64,000 bases of DNA from Nanobdellota archaeon (GCA_043806015.1 JAZDHH010000007.1:51698-115697), one strand, 5' to 3'. Counted from the stretch's first letter, positions 37,536 through 47,203 are shown. Program-made: numbers and translations. Notes: a model not told the origin generated them from the letters alone.

Positions 37536-38734
37536 AGTTCGCCCACCTCGCCGACTGCCACCTGGGCGGCTGGCGCGACCCCAAGCTGCGCCTCGCCAAC
37601 CTGGAGGCGTTCTGCCGCGCAGTGGACGAGTGCGTCGAGGCGCAGGTCGATTTCGTCATCATCGCCGGCGACCTGTTCAACACTTCGCTTCCCGCGCTGG
37701 ACATCCTCAAGTCTGCCGTGACGAAGCTTCGCCTGCTCGCCGACAAGGGCATCCCGGTCTACTGCGTGCCTGGCAGCCATGACTTCTCTCCTTCAGGGAA
37801 AAGCATGCTCGAGATCCTTGAGGAGGCTGGCCTGCTCATCAATGTGGTGAAGGGCGATGTTGTCGAGGGAAAGCTGAGGCTGCGGTTCACCGTCGACAAA
37901 AAAACCGGCGCCAAGCTGACGGGCATGCTCGGCAGGCGCGGCTCGCTGGAAAAAGGCTACTTCGAGAGCATGGACACGCAAAGCCTCGAGCAAGAGCAAG
38001 GCTTCAAGATCTTCGTCTTCCACAGCGCTGTCGAGGAGCTCAAGCCGCAAGGCCTGGACAAGCTCTCCGCCATGCCGCTCTCCCTCCTTCCCAAAGGGTT
38101 TTCCTATTACGCCGGAGGCCATGTCCATGCTCCGTCGCAGACGACGCTGGAAGGCTATGGCCTCATCGCCTTTCCAGGCCCACTGTTCCCCAACAGCTTC
38201 TCCGAGCTCGAGGAGCTCGAGCGCGGCCAGTTCCTCATCAATGAGGACAGCAACGTGAAAGCGAGACAGATCCAGCTCTACAACGTCACCATCCTCAACG
38301 CCGACGCCGAGCACAAAGCGCCAGAGCAGGTGACCGCGGACCTCATGGCCCAGACCGAGGGCAAGGAGTTCGCCCAATGCATCGTGCTGATCAGGGTGAG
38401 GGGCGTCCTCGGCCAGGGCAAGCCGTCGGACATCGCCTTCACCGAGATTTTCGCAGAGCTCTACCGCAAGTCTGCCTTTGTCGTGCTGAAGAACACCGCG
38501 TCGCTTTCCTCCAAGGAGTTCGAGGATGTGCGCGTCCAGGAAAGCACTGTTGCAGAGCTGGAGGATCGTCTGGTCAGGGAGCATGAAGGCCAGATGCAAG
38601 GAAAGGTATCCATCCTCGTGAAGGAGCTCATGCAGGTCCTTGACCTCGAGAAGGCAGAGGACGAGCGCAGGAAGGATTTCGAGCAGCGCCTCGTCAAGGC
38701 CGCCTCCCCCGTTCTCGAGGCGAAAGGCATTTAA
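37532..38734 (+). CDS. mre11: Mre11/SbcD-family metallophosphoesterase nuclease
   Basis: Phosphoesterase motifs I HLADCHLG, II AGDLFN, III PGSHD, IV FHS, V GGHVHA. 400 aa. No rad50/sbcC-like ORF is adjacent. Confidence 0.7.
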   Translation: MKFAHLADCHLGGWRDPKLRLANLEAFCRAVDECVEAQVDFVIIAGDLFNTSLPALDILKSAVTKLRLLADKGIPVYCVPGSHDFSPSGKSMLEILEEAGLLINVVKGDVVEGKLRLRFTVDKKTGAKLTGMLGRRGSLEKGYFESMDTQSLEQEQGFKIFVFHSAVEELKPQGLDKLSAMPLSLLPKGFSYYAGGHVHAPSQTTLEGYGLIAFPGPLFPNSFSELEELERGQFLINEDSNVKARQIQLYNVTILNADAEHKAPEQVTADLMAQTEGKEFAQCIVLIRVRGVLGQGKPSDIAFTEIFAELYRKSAFVVLKNTASLSSKEFEDVRVQESTVAELEDRLVREHEGQMQGKVSILVKELMQVLDLEKAEDERRKDFEQRLVKAASPVLEAKGI

Positions 38735-38771
38735 ATCCTGACCGCGGATTTCATCTTAAAAAGAGGTCATC

Positions 38772-39632
38772 ATGGTCCTGGAACAGCTGTACGCAGTGGA
38801 TTTCTTGCGCCGCAAGCCCGGCTTCGCCTTCGTGCTCGGCTTCTCCTACGCGGTCATCGGGATCGCTTTCGCCCTCTTCATCTTCCCGGAGAGCCCGAGT
38901 CTCGTCGCGGTCGCCATCACCACCATCCTGCTGATGCCGACGTTGTTCAAGCTCATCTCCAAGGAGGAATTGGAGGAGAGTGGGGAGAGCCATCTCAATT
39001 TCGGCAGGCTGTATCACGACAACTGGCATCTCATCAAGGTGTACCTTTTCATCATGATGGGCACCGAGCTGGCCTTCACGCTGTTCTCCCTCATGTTCCA
39101 TCCTGCCGCGGTTTCCCACATCTTCCGCGCGCAGATCGCCATCCAGAAAGGCTACGCCGGAGGGCTGTACTTCAGCACACCCCTTTTCTTCGACATCCTC
39201 CTCAACAACCTCAAGATCTTCGTCATCTGCTTCCTCATCTCCATCCTGCTGGGCAACGGCTCGATCTTCCTGCTGGTGTGGAACTCCTCGGTCTGGGGCA
39301 CCATCTTCGGCGATCTCGCGCGCACCGCGGCCACCATCGCCGGCAAGAACCCGTTCATCTACTACACGCTCATCTTCATCTCGACCCTGCCGCATGGCAT
39401 CCTGGAGATCCTCGCCTATGTCATGGCTACCATAGCGGGCAGCATGATCTCGCAGACGATCTACAAGGAGCAGGCCTTCTCGGACAAGATGTCCATCGTG
39501 CTCATCTACAACCTGACGCTCTTCTGGGTCGGCCTTATGCTCCTCGTCCTTGGAGCTTTGGTCGAGACCTATGTCCTCGGCAACCTCGAGGTCTACCGCA
39601 TGATCATCCTGCAGAGCTACGGCGGCGGCTAG
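38772..39632 (+). CDS. SpoIIM/DUF95-family polytopic membrane protein
   Basis: Six or more TM helices. The conserved LPHGILEILAYVMA region matches the SpoIIM (PHGIFE.PA) signature. Confidence 0.55.
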   Translation: MVLEQLYAVDFLRRKPGFAFVLGFSYAVIGIAFALFIFPESPSLVAVAITTILLMPTLFKLISKEELEESGESHLNFGRLYHDNWHLIKVYLFIMMGTELAFTLFSLMFHPAAVSHIFRAQIAIQKGYAGGLYFSTPLFFDILLNNLKIFVICFLISILLGNGSIFLLVWNSSVWGTIFGDLARTAATIAGKNPFIYYTLIFISTLPHGILEILAYVMATIAGSMISQTIYKEQAFSDKMSIVLIYNLTLFWVGLMLLVLGALVETYVLGNLEVYRMIILQSYGGG

Positions 39633-40183
39633 AAGGAGCGAGCCACTTTCTTTAGGTCATGGCCCTGCAGAGTCCGGATGCCGAGTCCCTCCGCGATGTC
39701 CCTGTATTCCTCGTCGTCGTCGACCAGCAGCGTCTTCGTGGGCTCCAGACCTTCCTTCTCGATGAGCCGCTTCCAGAATTCAGGACGGCTTTTCTCCCCG
39801 CCCTCATCATGGGAAAAGATGAAATCCACATCAAAGCCGAACTGCCTGACGAAGAGCTCGACTGTGCGGCGGTGCGAGTTCGAGGCGATGCCGACCTGGC
39901 ACTTCTTCTTGGCAAGGGCGAAGGCCTCCTTTGCAAACGGCTTCAGCGCAGCTTCCTTCGCGTATTCCTTCAGCTTCGTATGGTAGAAATCCAGGCAGCC
40001 GAGCTCCTCGCAGAGGAAGAAGGTGTCGACGACGCCGGCCCTGCCTACTTTTCGGATGGCTTTCTCGACCTTCGGCCGGCCATGGCGCCGCATGAGCTCG
40101 TCGATGAGCGGGATCCTGAGCCGGTCGTAGACAGAAAGGTCGATGAGCGTGCCGTCGAGATCAAAAATGATCGTCTTGATCAT
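39629..40183 (-). CDS. HAD-superfamily hydrolase
   Basis: Motif I IIFDLDGTLID. Motifs II and III are compatible (GIASNS; LVDDDEEY). The ATG at 40183 overlaps the asnS stop (ATGA). The track start 40246 is an upstream extension. Confidence 0.7.
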   Translation of the reverse strand: MIKTIIFDLDGTLIDLSVYDRLRIPLIDELMRRHGRPKVEKAIRKVGRAGVVDTFFLCEELGCLDFYHTKLKEYAKEAALKPFAKEAFALAKKKCQVGIASNSHRRTVELFVRQFGFDVDFIFSHDEGGEKSRPEFWKRLIEKEGLEPTKTLLVDDDEEYRDIAEGLGIRTLQGHDLKKVARSF

Positions 40184-41478
40184 GGCTTCCAACGAAGCAT
40201 CGTCCTTGGGAAAAGGATTGCGTCCTTGATGTTGTCGAGCTTGCACAGCCAGGCGACGACGCGCTCGACGCCCATGCCGTAGCCCGCGTGCGGCACCGAG
40301 CCGTACTTGCGCAGGTCCAAATACCAGGCGTAGTTCTCCGGCTTCTCGCCCTGGGCCTTGAGCGACTTCTTCAGGCTCTCGATGTCCGTTTCCCTGACGC
40401 TTCCCCCGATGATCTCGCCGTAGCCCTCTGGAGCGAGCATGTCCATGCAGAGCGCGGTGCCAGGCATCTCCGGATCCTCCGGCTTGTAGAACGCCATGAT
40501 GGCCTTCGGATAGTTCGTGATGATGACCGGCTTGTCAAAGTGCTTCATGATGAGGTCTTCCTCGATCGTCCTGAGGTCCTTGCCGAACTCGATGTCCTGA
40601 TTTTCCTTCTCCTTGAGCAGCTGCAGAGCATCTGCATACGTCATCCGAGGGAAGGGCGCCTTGATCTTCTTGAGCTTCGCCACATCCTGGCCGAGCAGCT
40701 CGAGCTCGGCAGTGTTCTTCTCGACCACTTCCTTGACGATGAAGGCGATGCATTCCTCCGCTGATTTCTGCAAGGCAGAATAGTCGAACCACGCTGCCTC
40801 CATCTCGGCCATCCAGAACTCGGAGAGGTGCCTGCTCGTCTTTGAGCGCTCAGCCCTGAAGCAGGGCGAGATGGTGAAGGCCTTCTCGACGCCGAAGATC
40901 GCTGCTTCCGCATAGAGCTGCCAGGACTGCGAGAGGAAGGTCTTGTCGTTGTAGTACTTGACCTCGAACAGCGTTGAGCCCCCTTCGCACTGGTTCGGCT
41001 GCAGGATAGGGGGGGAGAGCTCGACATAGCCCTGCTCGGCGTAGAACTTCCTGAAGGCAGAGAGCACCGTGTGCCTAATCCTGGTGACTGCGACGATCTT
41101 GCGCGACCTTACCCAGAGGTGCCGCATGTCGAGCAGGAACTCGGGGCTCTGGTCCTTGGTGATCGGGTAAGGCTCGGCTTGATGGACAAGCTTGAATTTG
41201 GTTATGTGTATCTCGTAGCCGGTCGGGGCGCGCTTGTCCTCATGGATGTCGCCATGCACTTCCACAGAGCTCTCCAGGGAGGCCTTCTGCGCCTCTGCCC
41301 AGTCAGCGTGCTTGTCGTCGATGACGCACTGGATGACGTTCGTGCCATCCCGGATGATGATGAACCTGAACTTGTTGCTGCCGCGCTCCCGCCACACCCA
41401 GCCGCGGATGGCGACCTCGCCCTTGCCCTTGTCGATTGCCTCTTGGATGGAGATGAAATGAGGTTGCATGACAAGCAA
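40180..41478 (-). CDS. asnS: class II aminoacyl-tRNA synthetase, asparaginyl-type (AsnRS; archaeal AspRS not excluded)
   Basis: OB-fold N-terminus, class II motif 2 (FRAE), ..NYPKAIMAFY.., and motif 3 region GYGEIIGGSVRE / GYGMGVERVVAW. About 430 aa, typical of archaeal AsnRS. Confidence 0.6.
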   Translation of the reverse strand: MLVMQPHFISIQEAIDKGKGEVAIRGWVWRERGSNKFRFIIIRDGTNVIQCVIDDKHADWAEAQKASLESSVEVHGDIHEDKRAPTGYEIHITKFKLVHQAEPYPITKDQSPEFLLDMRHLWVRSRKIVAVTRIRHTVLSAFRKFYAEQGYVELSPPILQPNQCEGGSTLFEVKYYNDKTFLSQSWQLYAEAAIFGVEKAFTISPCFRAERSKTSRHLSEFWMAEMEAAWFDYSALQKSAEECIAFIVKEVVEKNTAELELLGQDVAKLKKIKAPFPRMTYADALQLLKEKENQDIEFGKDLRTIEEDLIMKHFDKPVIITNYPKAIMAFYKPEDPEMPGTALCMDMLAPEGYGEIIGGSVRETDIESLKKSLKAQGEKPENYAWYLDLRKYGSVPHAGYGMGVERVVAWLCKLDNIKDAILFPRTMLRWKP

Positions 41479-41514
41479 AAGGATATGCTCAGTATAAAAA
41501 GATTTGCCTGATGC

Positions 41515-41892
41515 TCAAGAAACGGTTATTCCCACAGTTTTCAGTGCCGCGACAGCCTTCTCCTTGTCCTTCTCCTTGATCAGGAAATGGTCCCGCGAGA
41601 ACGCCGCGATCGGCATGATGGCGACTTCAGCGTCGGCGAGCGCGCCCGCGATGGTCGCAGTGACCCCCACAGTGTCCATGGCCGTGTCCTGGCCGAGCGT
41701 TAGCAGGAGCCAGCCTTTGTCAGCGGCGATGCAGTCCTTCGGCAGCTTCCCTTCCTGGACGATCACCGTTATTTCGTCCTTATCAATGATGTTGGCGAAT
41801 GCGCCAGGAACAGGTTGCCTCACCTTGGCGAAGGCAAAACGGCCTTTCCAGAAAAAGGCAGGAGCGTCCTTGAAAGGATAGTGCCGTCTCAC
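41515..41892 (-). CDS. ACT-domain protein
   Basis: 125 aa. The C-terminal GVTATIAGALADAEVAIMPIAAFSRDHFLIKEKD is an ACT-like beta-alpha-beta ligand-binding segment. Confidence 0.45.
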   Translation of the reverse strand: MRRHYPFKDAPAFFWKGRFAFAKVRQPVPGAFANIIDKDEITVIVQEGKLPKDCIAADKGWLLLTLGQDTAMDTVGVTATIAGALADAEVAIMPIAAFSRDHFLIKEKDKEKAVAALKTVGITVS

Positions 41893-43610
41893 TCTTTCAG
41901 CCCGATGTGCAGCTCGTCCAGCTGCTTCTTGGCCACCGGCGACGGCGCGCCGTCCATCAGGCTTTGGCAGGCCTTGTTCTTGGGGAAGGCGATGACGTCG
42001 CGTATGCTCTCATTGCCGGTCATGATGGCGACGAGCCGGTCGAGGCCGTAGGCGATGCCGCCGTGCGGCGGGGCGCCGAACTTGAAGGCGTCCAGCAGGA
42101 AGCCGAACTTCGCCTTCGCCTCCGCTTCGCCGATGCCAAGGAGCGCGAACATCTTCTGCTGCGTTTCAGGGTCGCTGATCCTTATAGAGCCGCCGCCGAC
42201 TTCCGTGCCGTTCAGCACGATGTCATAGGCCCGTGCCCTGACCTTGCCAGGGTCTTTATCCAGCAATAGCAAGTCTTCTGGTTTTGGCGACGTGAAAGGA
42301 TGGTGCATGGCGACGAGCTTCTGCTCTTCCTCGCTCCATTCGAGCAACGGGAAGTCAGTCACCCAGAGGAACGCTTCCCCTTGGATCAGGCCGAGCTTCT
42401 GGCCGAGGCTCAACCTTACCTGGCAGAGGGCCTTGCAGGCGTCCTGCCACTTGTCCGCGACGGCGAGCAGGGTCTGACCTTTCTGGATGCCGCTCTCCTT
42501 GATGATTCGGTGCTGCTGCTCTTTCTTGAGGAATTTCGCCACCTGGCCTTCAAGCTGCTCTTCCATCGAAAGCGCGATGAGGCCTTTCGCCCCGGCAGCC
42601 TTGGCTACCTCGGTGAGCTCGTCAATTTCCTTGCGGCTCAGCAGCTTCGGCGCGACCATGGCTTTGACAACTCCTCCAGAGTCGATGACCGTATTGAGCA
42701 CCTTGAATTCGCCGCCCTTGCACGCTTCGGTCAGGTCGCAGAACTCCAGGCCGAAACGCACGTCAGGCTTGTCCGAGCCATAGCGGTCCATCGCTTCGCG
42801 ATAGGTGATCCGGGGAAAGGGCGTCTTGAGGTCTTTTCCCAGGGTGTGCTTCCAGAGGTTATGGAGCATGCCCTCATTGAGCTTGAAGATGTCCTCCTCG
42901 GTGATGAAGGACATCTCGATGTCGATCTGCGTGAACTCAGGCTGCCGGTCCGCGCGCAGGTCCTCGTCGCGGAAGCATCGCGCCATCTGGAAGTAGCGGT
43001 CATAGCCCGATACCATGAGGAGCTGCTTGAAGAGCTGCGGGCTCTGCGGCAGCGCGAAGAATGATCCCTCGTGCACCCTGCTGGGCACCAGGTAGTCGCG
43101 CGCCCCTTCTGGCGTGCTTTTCGTGAGCATCGGCGTCTCTATTTCAAGGAACCCTTCCTTGTCCAGGTAATCGCGGACAGTCTTCGTGACGCGGTGACGC
43201 ATCTGCAGGTTCCGCTGCATAGGCTCGCGGCGGAGGTCGAGGTAGCGGTACTGCAGCCTCGTGTCCTCGGTCATCGTGGAGTCTTCTGCGACCACGATGG
43301 GCAGGCGGGATGCGGCGCTCAGGATCTCGACATCAGCGGCCTCGATCTCGATGTCGCCCGTGGCCCGTTCGGCATTCTCCATGCCCTCCTTGCGGCGCTT
43401 GACCTTGCCCTTAACGCGGAGCACGGTCTCGTTGGTGATGCCACGGGTGCTCTCTTCCTTGGCGACGACTTGCGTGATGCCGTAGCGGTCGCGCAGGTCG
43501 ATGAATACTATTCCGCCGAAGGTGCGCAGGCTGTTGACCCAGCCGCACAGTACAACGTCGGCACCGACATTCTCTGCCCGAAGTTCGCCGCAAGTTTCAG
43601 TGCGAAGCAT
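41889..43610 (-). CDS. aspS: aspartyl-tRNA synthetase, bacterial type (with GAD insertion domain)
   Basis: 573 aa. ..YDRYFQMARCFRDEDLRADRQPEFTQIDIEMSF is the bacterial AspRS motif-2 region. The N-terminal OB fold (VVLCGWVNSLRTFGGIVFIDLRD) is present. The length implies the GAD insertion. Confidence 0.85.
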   Translation of the reverse strand: MLRTETCGELRAENVGADVVLCGWVNSLRTFGGIVFIDLRDRYGITQVVAKEESTRGITNETVLRVKGKVKRRKEGMENAERATGDIEIEAADVEILSAASRLPIVVAEDSTMTEDTRLQYRYLDLRREPMQRNLQMRHRVTKTVRDYLDKEGFLEIETPMLTKSTPEGARDYLVPSRVHEGSFFALPQSPQLFKQLLMVSGYDRYFQMARCFRDEDLRADRQPEFTQIDIEMSFITEEDIFKLNEGMLHNLWKHTLGKDLKTPFPRITYREAMDRYGSDKPDVRFGLEFCDLTEACKGGEFKVLNTVIDSGGVVKAMVAPKLLSRKEIDELTEVAKAAGAKGLIALSMEEQLEGQVAKFLKKEQQHRIIKESGIQKGQTLLAVADKWQDACKALCQVRLSLGQKLGLIQGEAFLWVTDFPLLEWSEEEQKLVAMHHPFTSPKPEDLLLLDKDPGKVRARAYDIVLNGTEVGGGSIRISDPETQQKMFALLGIGEAEAKAKFGFLLDAFKFGAPPHGGIAYGLDRLVAIMTGNESIRDVIAFPKNKACQSLMDGAPSPVAKKQLDELHIGLKE

Positions 43611-43659
43611 AGGCCGAGAGAACCCGAGGTTGGTATAAAAATGTTTTGGCCGAGGATTT

Positions 43660-44838
43660 TTAGACGTATGCCAGCCACGGGTCGAGATAGCGGTTAAGCG
43701 CGAAGATGACGCCGAGCCTTGGATTGGGCCTGCCGTTCGCGAGGAGGTTGTCCAACATCAAGCCCTTGCCTTGGTAGCCGTCAAGGTCCTTGGAGTTCCG
43801 GAACGCGTTCCCGGCGATGCCATGCGTCGCGTTGCTGTCCAGCCAGATGCCGATGTTATTGTCCATGATGGCATTCCTCAGGATGAAAGCTTTTCCCTCA
43901 GCTGTGCTGAAGATACCGTACTTGGACTGCGAAAGCGCATTGCCGGTGACGGCGACCGATTTGCTTTTGCCCACGAGGATGTTGGCGCTGGCAGATCCTG
44001 TGACCGTATTGTTCGCGACCAGGATGTCGTCCGCATTGTTAAGCTCGATGCCGAAACTCCGGGCGTTCCGTATGCTGTTTCCAGTTATCGTGCTGTGGTT
44101 CGTCCGGCCGATGTTCAAGCCGCCCATGAGGAAGTCGTTGCGCTCGATGGCGAGGTTGTCGGAGCGTTCTGTCCGGAGATTGCAGTTGACCACCCTGCTC
44201 GTCCTGAGCTTGAGCTGCGAGCTGTCCTCGATGAGGATGCCTGTGGTGCTGCCCACGAAGGAATTGCCTGAGAGATAGACCTGATCGCTTCTGGTGACGC
44301 GGAGGGCAAAGACCGTGTCGGTGATGGACAGGCCGTCCGCCGCGACCAGAGAGCTGTCCTCGATGAACATGCCCCGGCCAGCCGAGATGTTGCCGTTGTT
44401 GATGCTGACATCTTTGCTCTGCTTCATCCAGATGCCGTTCGTGAGGTTCCGCAGCTTGATGTTCTCGATGGTGGCACCGTTCACCCCGGAGAGCAGGATG
44501 CCGATGAAGCCTTTCTCCACCATGACGAAATGGTCGACGGTGAGGTCGCGGGTGTCCTTTGCGAAGAGGCCGACCGAGAAGTCATAGGCTTCGCAGTTCT
44601 TGACGCTGATGTTCTTCCCCACCACGGCGATGCCATAGCTGTCTTCGATGCCCCGGCCCCGCACGGCGAAGCCGTCGCAGTCGAGCGCCGCGCCGTCGGT
44701 GAGGATGAGGCCGAACTTGTCGCAGTTGGTGAGGTGCTGGGTGAGCGTGAGGCTGCTGTTGACCGTGTCGCCGCACCGGACAGCTGCCGCTACCGGGATG
44801 AGCATGCACAAAGCCAAGAGCCCAAGTGACCATTTCAT
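43660..44838 (-). CDS. secreted right-handed parallel beta-helix repeat protein (pectate-lyase/NosD-like)
   Basis: Signal peptide MKWSLGLLALCMLIPVAAA. Many roughly 22-aa repeats with N..I..N / ..GI... periodicity (ITGNSIRNARSFGIELNNADDILVANNTVTG ...). Confidence 0.6.
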   Translation of the reverse strand: MKWSLGLLALCMLIPVAAAVRCGDTVNSSLTLTQHLTNCDKFGLILTDGAALDCDGFAVRGRGIEDSYGIAVVGKNISVKNCEAYDFSVGLFAKDTRDLTVDHFVMVEKGFIGILLSGVNGATIENIKLRNLTNGIWMKQSKDVSINNGNISAGRGMFIEDSSLVAADGLSITDTVFALRVTRSDQVYLSGNSFVGSTTGILIEDSSQLKLRTSRVVNCNLRTERSDNLAIERNDFLMGGLNIGRTNHSTITGNSIRNARSFGIELNNADDILVANNTVTGSASANILVGKSKSVAVTGNALSQSKYGIFSTAEGKAFILRNAIMDNNIGIWLDSNATHGIAGNAFRNSKDLDGYQGKGLMLDNLLANGRPNPRLGVIFALNRYLDPWLAYV

Positions 44839-44871
44839 AGTGATAAGGGAGAACGGCCCTTTTTTTAAGCT

Positions 44872-45381
44872 TTACGAAAGAAGGGGGAGGATGAACTGGG
44901 TGATCGCCTGTTTTGCGCTCTCATGAATCCCGTCCGTCGCCATGAGCGTCTTGAGCTCAGCCTTGGTGAAATATCGGATCTCAGCGATTTCCCGGGGATC
45001 CAGAATAAAGGATGCGATCGGTATCTCTTTCCGGAGCAGGAATACGGTCGCGAACCGCTTCTCACGGCTATTGGAGTGCATGTTCCAATCCTCGTTCAGG
45101 AGCTTTCCAAGCTCCTCAAGGCTGGGTGGAGAGATGCCTAGTTCCTCCTTCAGTTCGCGCAATGCTCCGATGAGATAATCCTCTTTCGGGGGGAAATGGC
45201 CTGCTGCTGAATGGTCCCACAGGCCGGAGTCTGCCCGCCGCTGGAGGAGCACCTGGTCCTTAGCGAAGACGTAGACAAAGGCTTCATGGTGAAGAAGTCC
45301 TTTGGCGTGCGCCTTGTCGCGCGTCGTCTCGCCGATGACCCTGTCCTGCCCATCCACGAGGGCGATGGGCTCGTCGTTCAT
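44872..45381 (-). CDS. NUDIX hydrolase
   Basis: Nudix box GHFPPKEDYLIGALRELKEELGI (Gx5Ex7REUxEExGU). Confidence 0.75.
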   Translation of the reverse strand: MNDEPIALVDGQDRVIGETTRDKAHAKGLLHHEAFVYVFAKDQVLLQRRADSGLWDHSAAGHFPPKEDYLIGALRELKEELGISPPSLEELGKLLNEDWNMHSNSREKRFATVFLLRKEIPIASFILDPREIAEIRYFTKAELKTLMATDGIHESAKQAITQFILPLLS

Positions 45382-46043
45382 GGCGGGGTCATCACCATGA
45401 CGTTCGCCTTGGCGAGGCTCTTGAAGCGCTCGGCATCGCCCAGGGTCCCGACGATGGAGCCGCAGTGCATGGGGATGGCGACCTTCGGCTTGATGATGTC
45501 GGCTGCCTTGGCCGCCTCCTCAGCGGTCATCACATAGGTGCCCGAGACAGGGAGCAGGGCGATGTCCGCCTTGATGCGCTGCATCTCAGGTATGAGGTCG
45601 GTGTCGCCCGCATGGTAGATGCGCTTGCCGCCAACGGTAAGAATATAGCCGAGCCAGCCGTTCTCCTTGGGATGGAATCGCTTGTTCGTGTTGTACGCAG
45701 GAACGGCCTCGATGGTGAGGCCGTCAACAGCCACCTTCTTCCCCGGCTCTAGGAGGGTCACATTCCTGACATTGAGGCTAGAGAGCTTTGACTGGCAGTC
45801 CGGCGTCGCGAAGATGATTGTCTTGGGGGTGGCGACCTTCTTTATGTCGGCGAGACTGCAGTGGTCGTAGTGGTCGTGCGTGATGAGGATGAAGTCAGCT
45901 GGCTCATCGCTCTTGAGCTGGAACGGGTCGAAATAGATGGTCTTCCCTGCCTTGACCTTGAAGCAGGCATGCCCGAGCCAGGTGATGTCCAGTCCTTCGA
46001 TGATCATGTGGGTCACCTCCCTATGCTTTTCAGGCCGTGCCAC
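45378..46043 (-). CDS. MBL-fold metallo-hydrolase
   Basis: ILITHDHYDHCS (the HxHxDH motif). Downstream His/Asp residues are compatible. Overlaps the Nudix gene by 4 nt. Confidence 0.75.
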   Translation of the reverse strand: MARPEKHREVTHMIIEGLDITWLGHACFKVKAGKTIYFDPFQLKSDEPADFILITHDHYDHCSLADIKKVATPKTIIFATPDCQSKLSSLNVRNVTLLEPGKKVAVDGLTIEAVPAYNTNKRFHPKENGWLGYILTVGGKRIYHAGDTDLIPEMQRIKADIALLPVSGTYVMTAEEAAKAADIIKPKVAIPMHCGSIVGTLGDAERFKSLAKANVMVMTPP

Positions 46044-46579
46044 CAGGCCCGGCTTGGCGTCTTCTCCATCTCTGCGAGCAGCCGCTTCGCCGTCGAGGTC
46101 TTGAGCAGGCCACGCACGTTATCGATCCAGTCCTGGCAGTCTTTATGGCCCTGCTCGAGGTATTCTTTCGCCGTGAAGGCGCATTCGAGAAGGTCGGCGT
46201 CCCTCGCGACGGTGCCCTCCCGTGAGCGCTCGTCATGGAAATCGCTGAACAGGGCCTTGAGCTCGGCGCTGGACGCCGCGGGCAGGCTGCTGACCTGCTC
46301 GGCGAACGCCTTCGCCTCGGCCGCCTTGAAGTCGATATAGCGATGCCCGACCTTGTGCAGGTCGTTGAGCCTTGCTTCAGGGACATCTTGCAGAAGGCAC
46401 ATCATCGCGGTCTTTTGCGCGTCAGCGCCTTCCTCTTTCGCGAGGAGATAGCCGAGAAGGGCAGTCCGGAAAGAATGCTCGGCAACGCTCTCAGGATCCT
46501 TGACATGGGCGATCCACCATCCTGAGCGCTTGACGCGCTTGAGCTGGCCGAGCTCGTAGATGAAAGGGACGATCGTCAT
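46013..46579 (-). CDS. HD-domain phosphohydrolase (YfbR-like)
   Basis: ESVAEHSFRTALLGYLLA (metal-binding His) and ...RLNDLHKVGHRY. Start adjusted to the ATG overlapping the translin stop. Confidence 0.5.
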   Translation of the reverse strand: MTIVPFIYELGQLKRVKRSGWWIAHVKDPESVAEHSFRTALLGYLLAKEEGADAQKTAMMCLLQDVPEARLNDLHKVGHRYIDFKAAEAKAFAEQVSSLPAASSAELKALFSDFHDERSREGTVARDADLLECAFTAKEYLEQGHKDCQDWIDNVRGLLKTSTAKRLLAEMEKTPSRAWWHGLKSIGR

Positions 46580-47133
46580 CGCAGGTCGTAGAGCACTTCC
46601 TCGGTCTTCTTGAGGTTCCATTTCACGGAATCATACTTCTTGCGGAGCATGCCGTTGCGGAAGTCGAAGCGGATGAGCTGGCCGTCCAGCTCCTCAAGGA
46701 AGCGCTGTATGGCCTCGACCTCTGCCTTGTCGCGCTTGATGGCTTCCCTGACAGCCCGCCGGGCAAGCTCTCCGGTCAGGTCGCAGATGCCGGAAAGATA
46801 GTCCTCTACGCTGATGCCCAGGGCTATGTGGGTGGGAAGGCTTTGTCCCTGGCGGAAGGCGAGATAGCACATGGCTTCCGCGTACTCTTGGGTCGCGTCC
46901 CCATAGGCGCCCTCGAAGGGCAATGCCCGGTCCTTCGCCGCGATGCTGTCGAGCGCCTGCTTGGCCTCCTGCAGGGCCTTGCCGTCCGCGGCCTCGTTGC
47001 GGTGCAGGCTGTAGATGAGCTGCTTGGCGAGCTTGAGCACATCCCTCGCCTTCTTGATGAGCTCCTCGCGGCTGAGGTCATAGGCGGAGAGGTCAGCGAC
47101 AAGCTGGTCGAATTGGGTTTTGTCGATCATCAT
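46576..47133 (-). CDS. translin-family protein
   Basis: 185 aa, all-alpha. DYLSGICDLTGELARRAV matches the translin C-terminal signature (G..DLTGEL.R.A). First gene of a translin-HD-MBL-Nudix run with 4-nt overlaps. Confidence 0.55.
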   Translation of the reverse strand: MMIDKTQFDQLVADLSAYDLSREELIKKARDVLKLAKQLIYSLHRNEAADGKALQEAKQALDSIAAKDRALPFEGAYGDATQEYAEAMCYLAFRQGQSLPTHIALGISVEDYLSGICDLTGELARRAVREAIKRDKAEVEAIQRFLEELDGQLIRFDFRNGMLRKKYDSVKWNLKKTEEVLYDLR

Positions 47134-47194
47134 TAAGAGGAAAGGTCCGGCATTTATATATGTTTAGCGTCGCTCCTTCTTTTGAAACCAAAAC

Positions 47195-47203
47195 ATTTAA
47201 ATA
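47195..47203 (+). promoter_or_regulatory. TATA-box-like element (tttaaatag) upstream of membrane paralog A
   Basis: Archaeal TATA consensus about 27 nt upstream of the proposed ATG at 47230. Confidence 0.35.
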
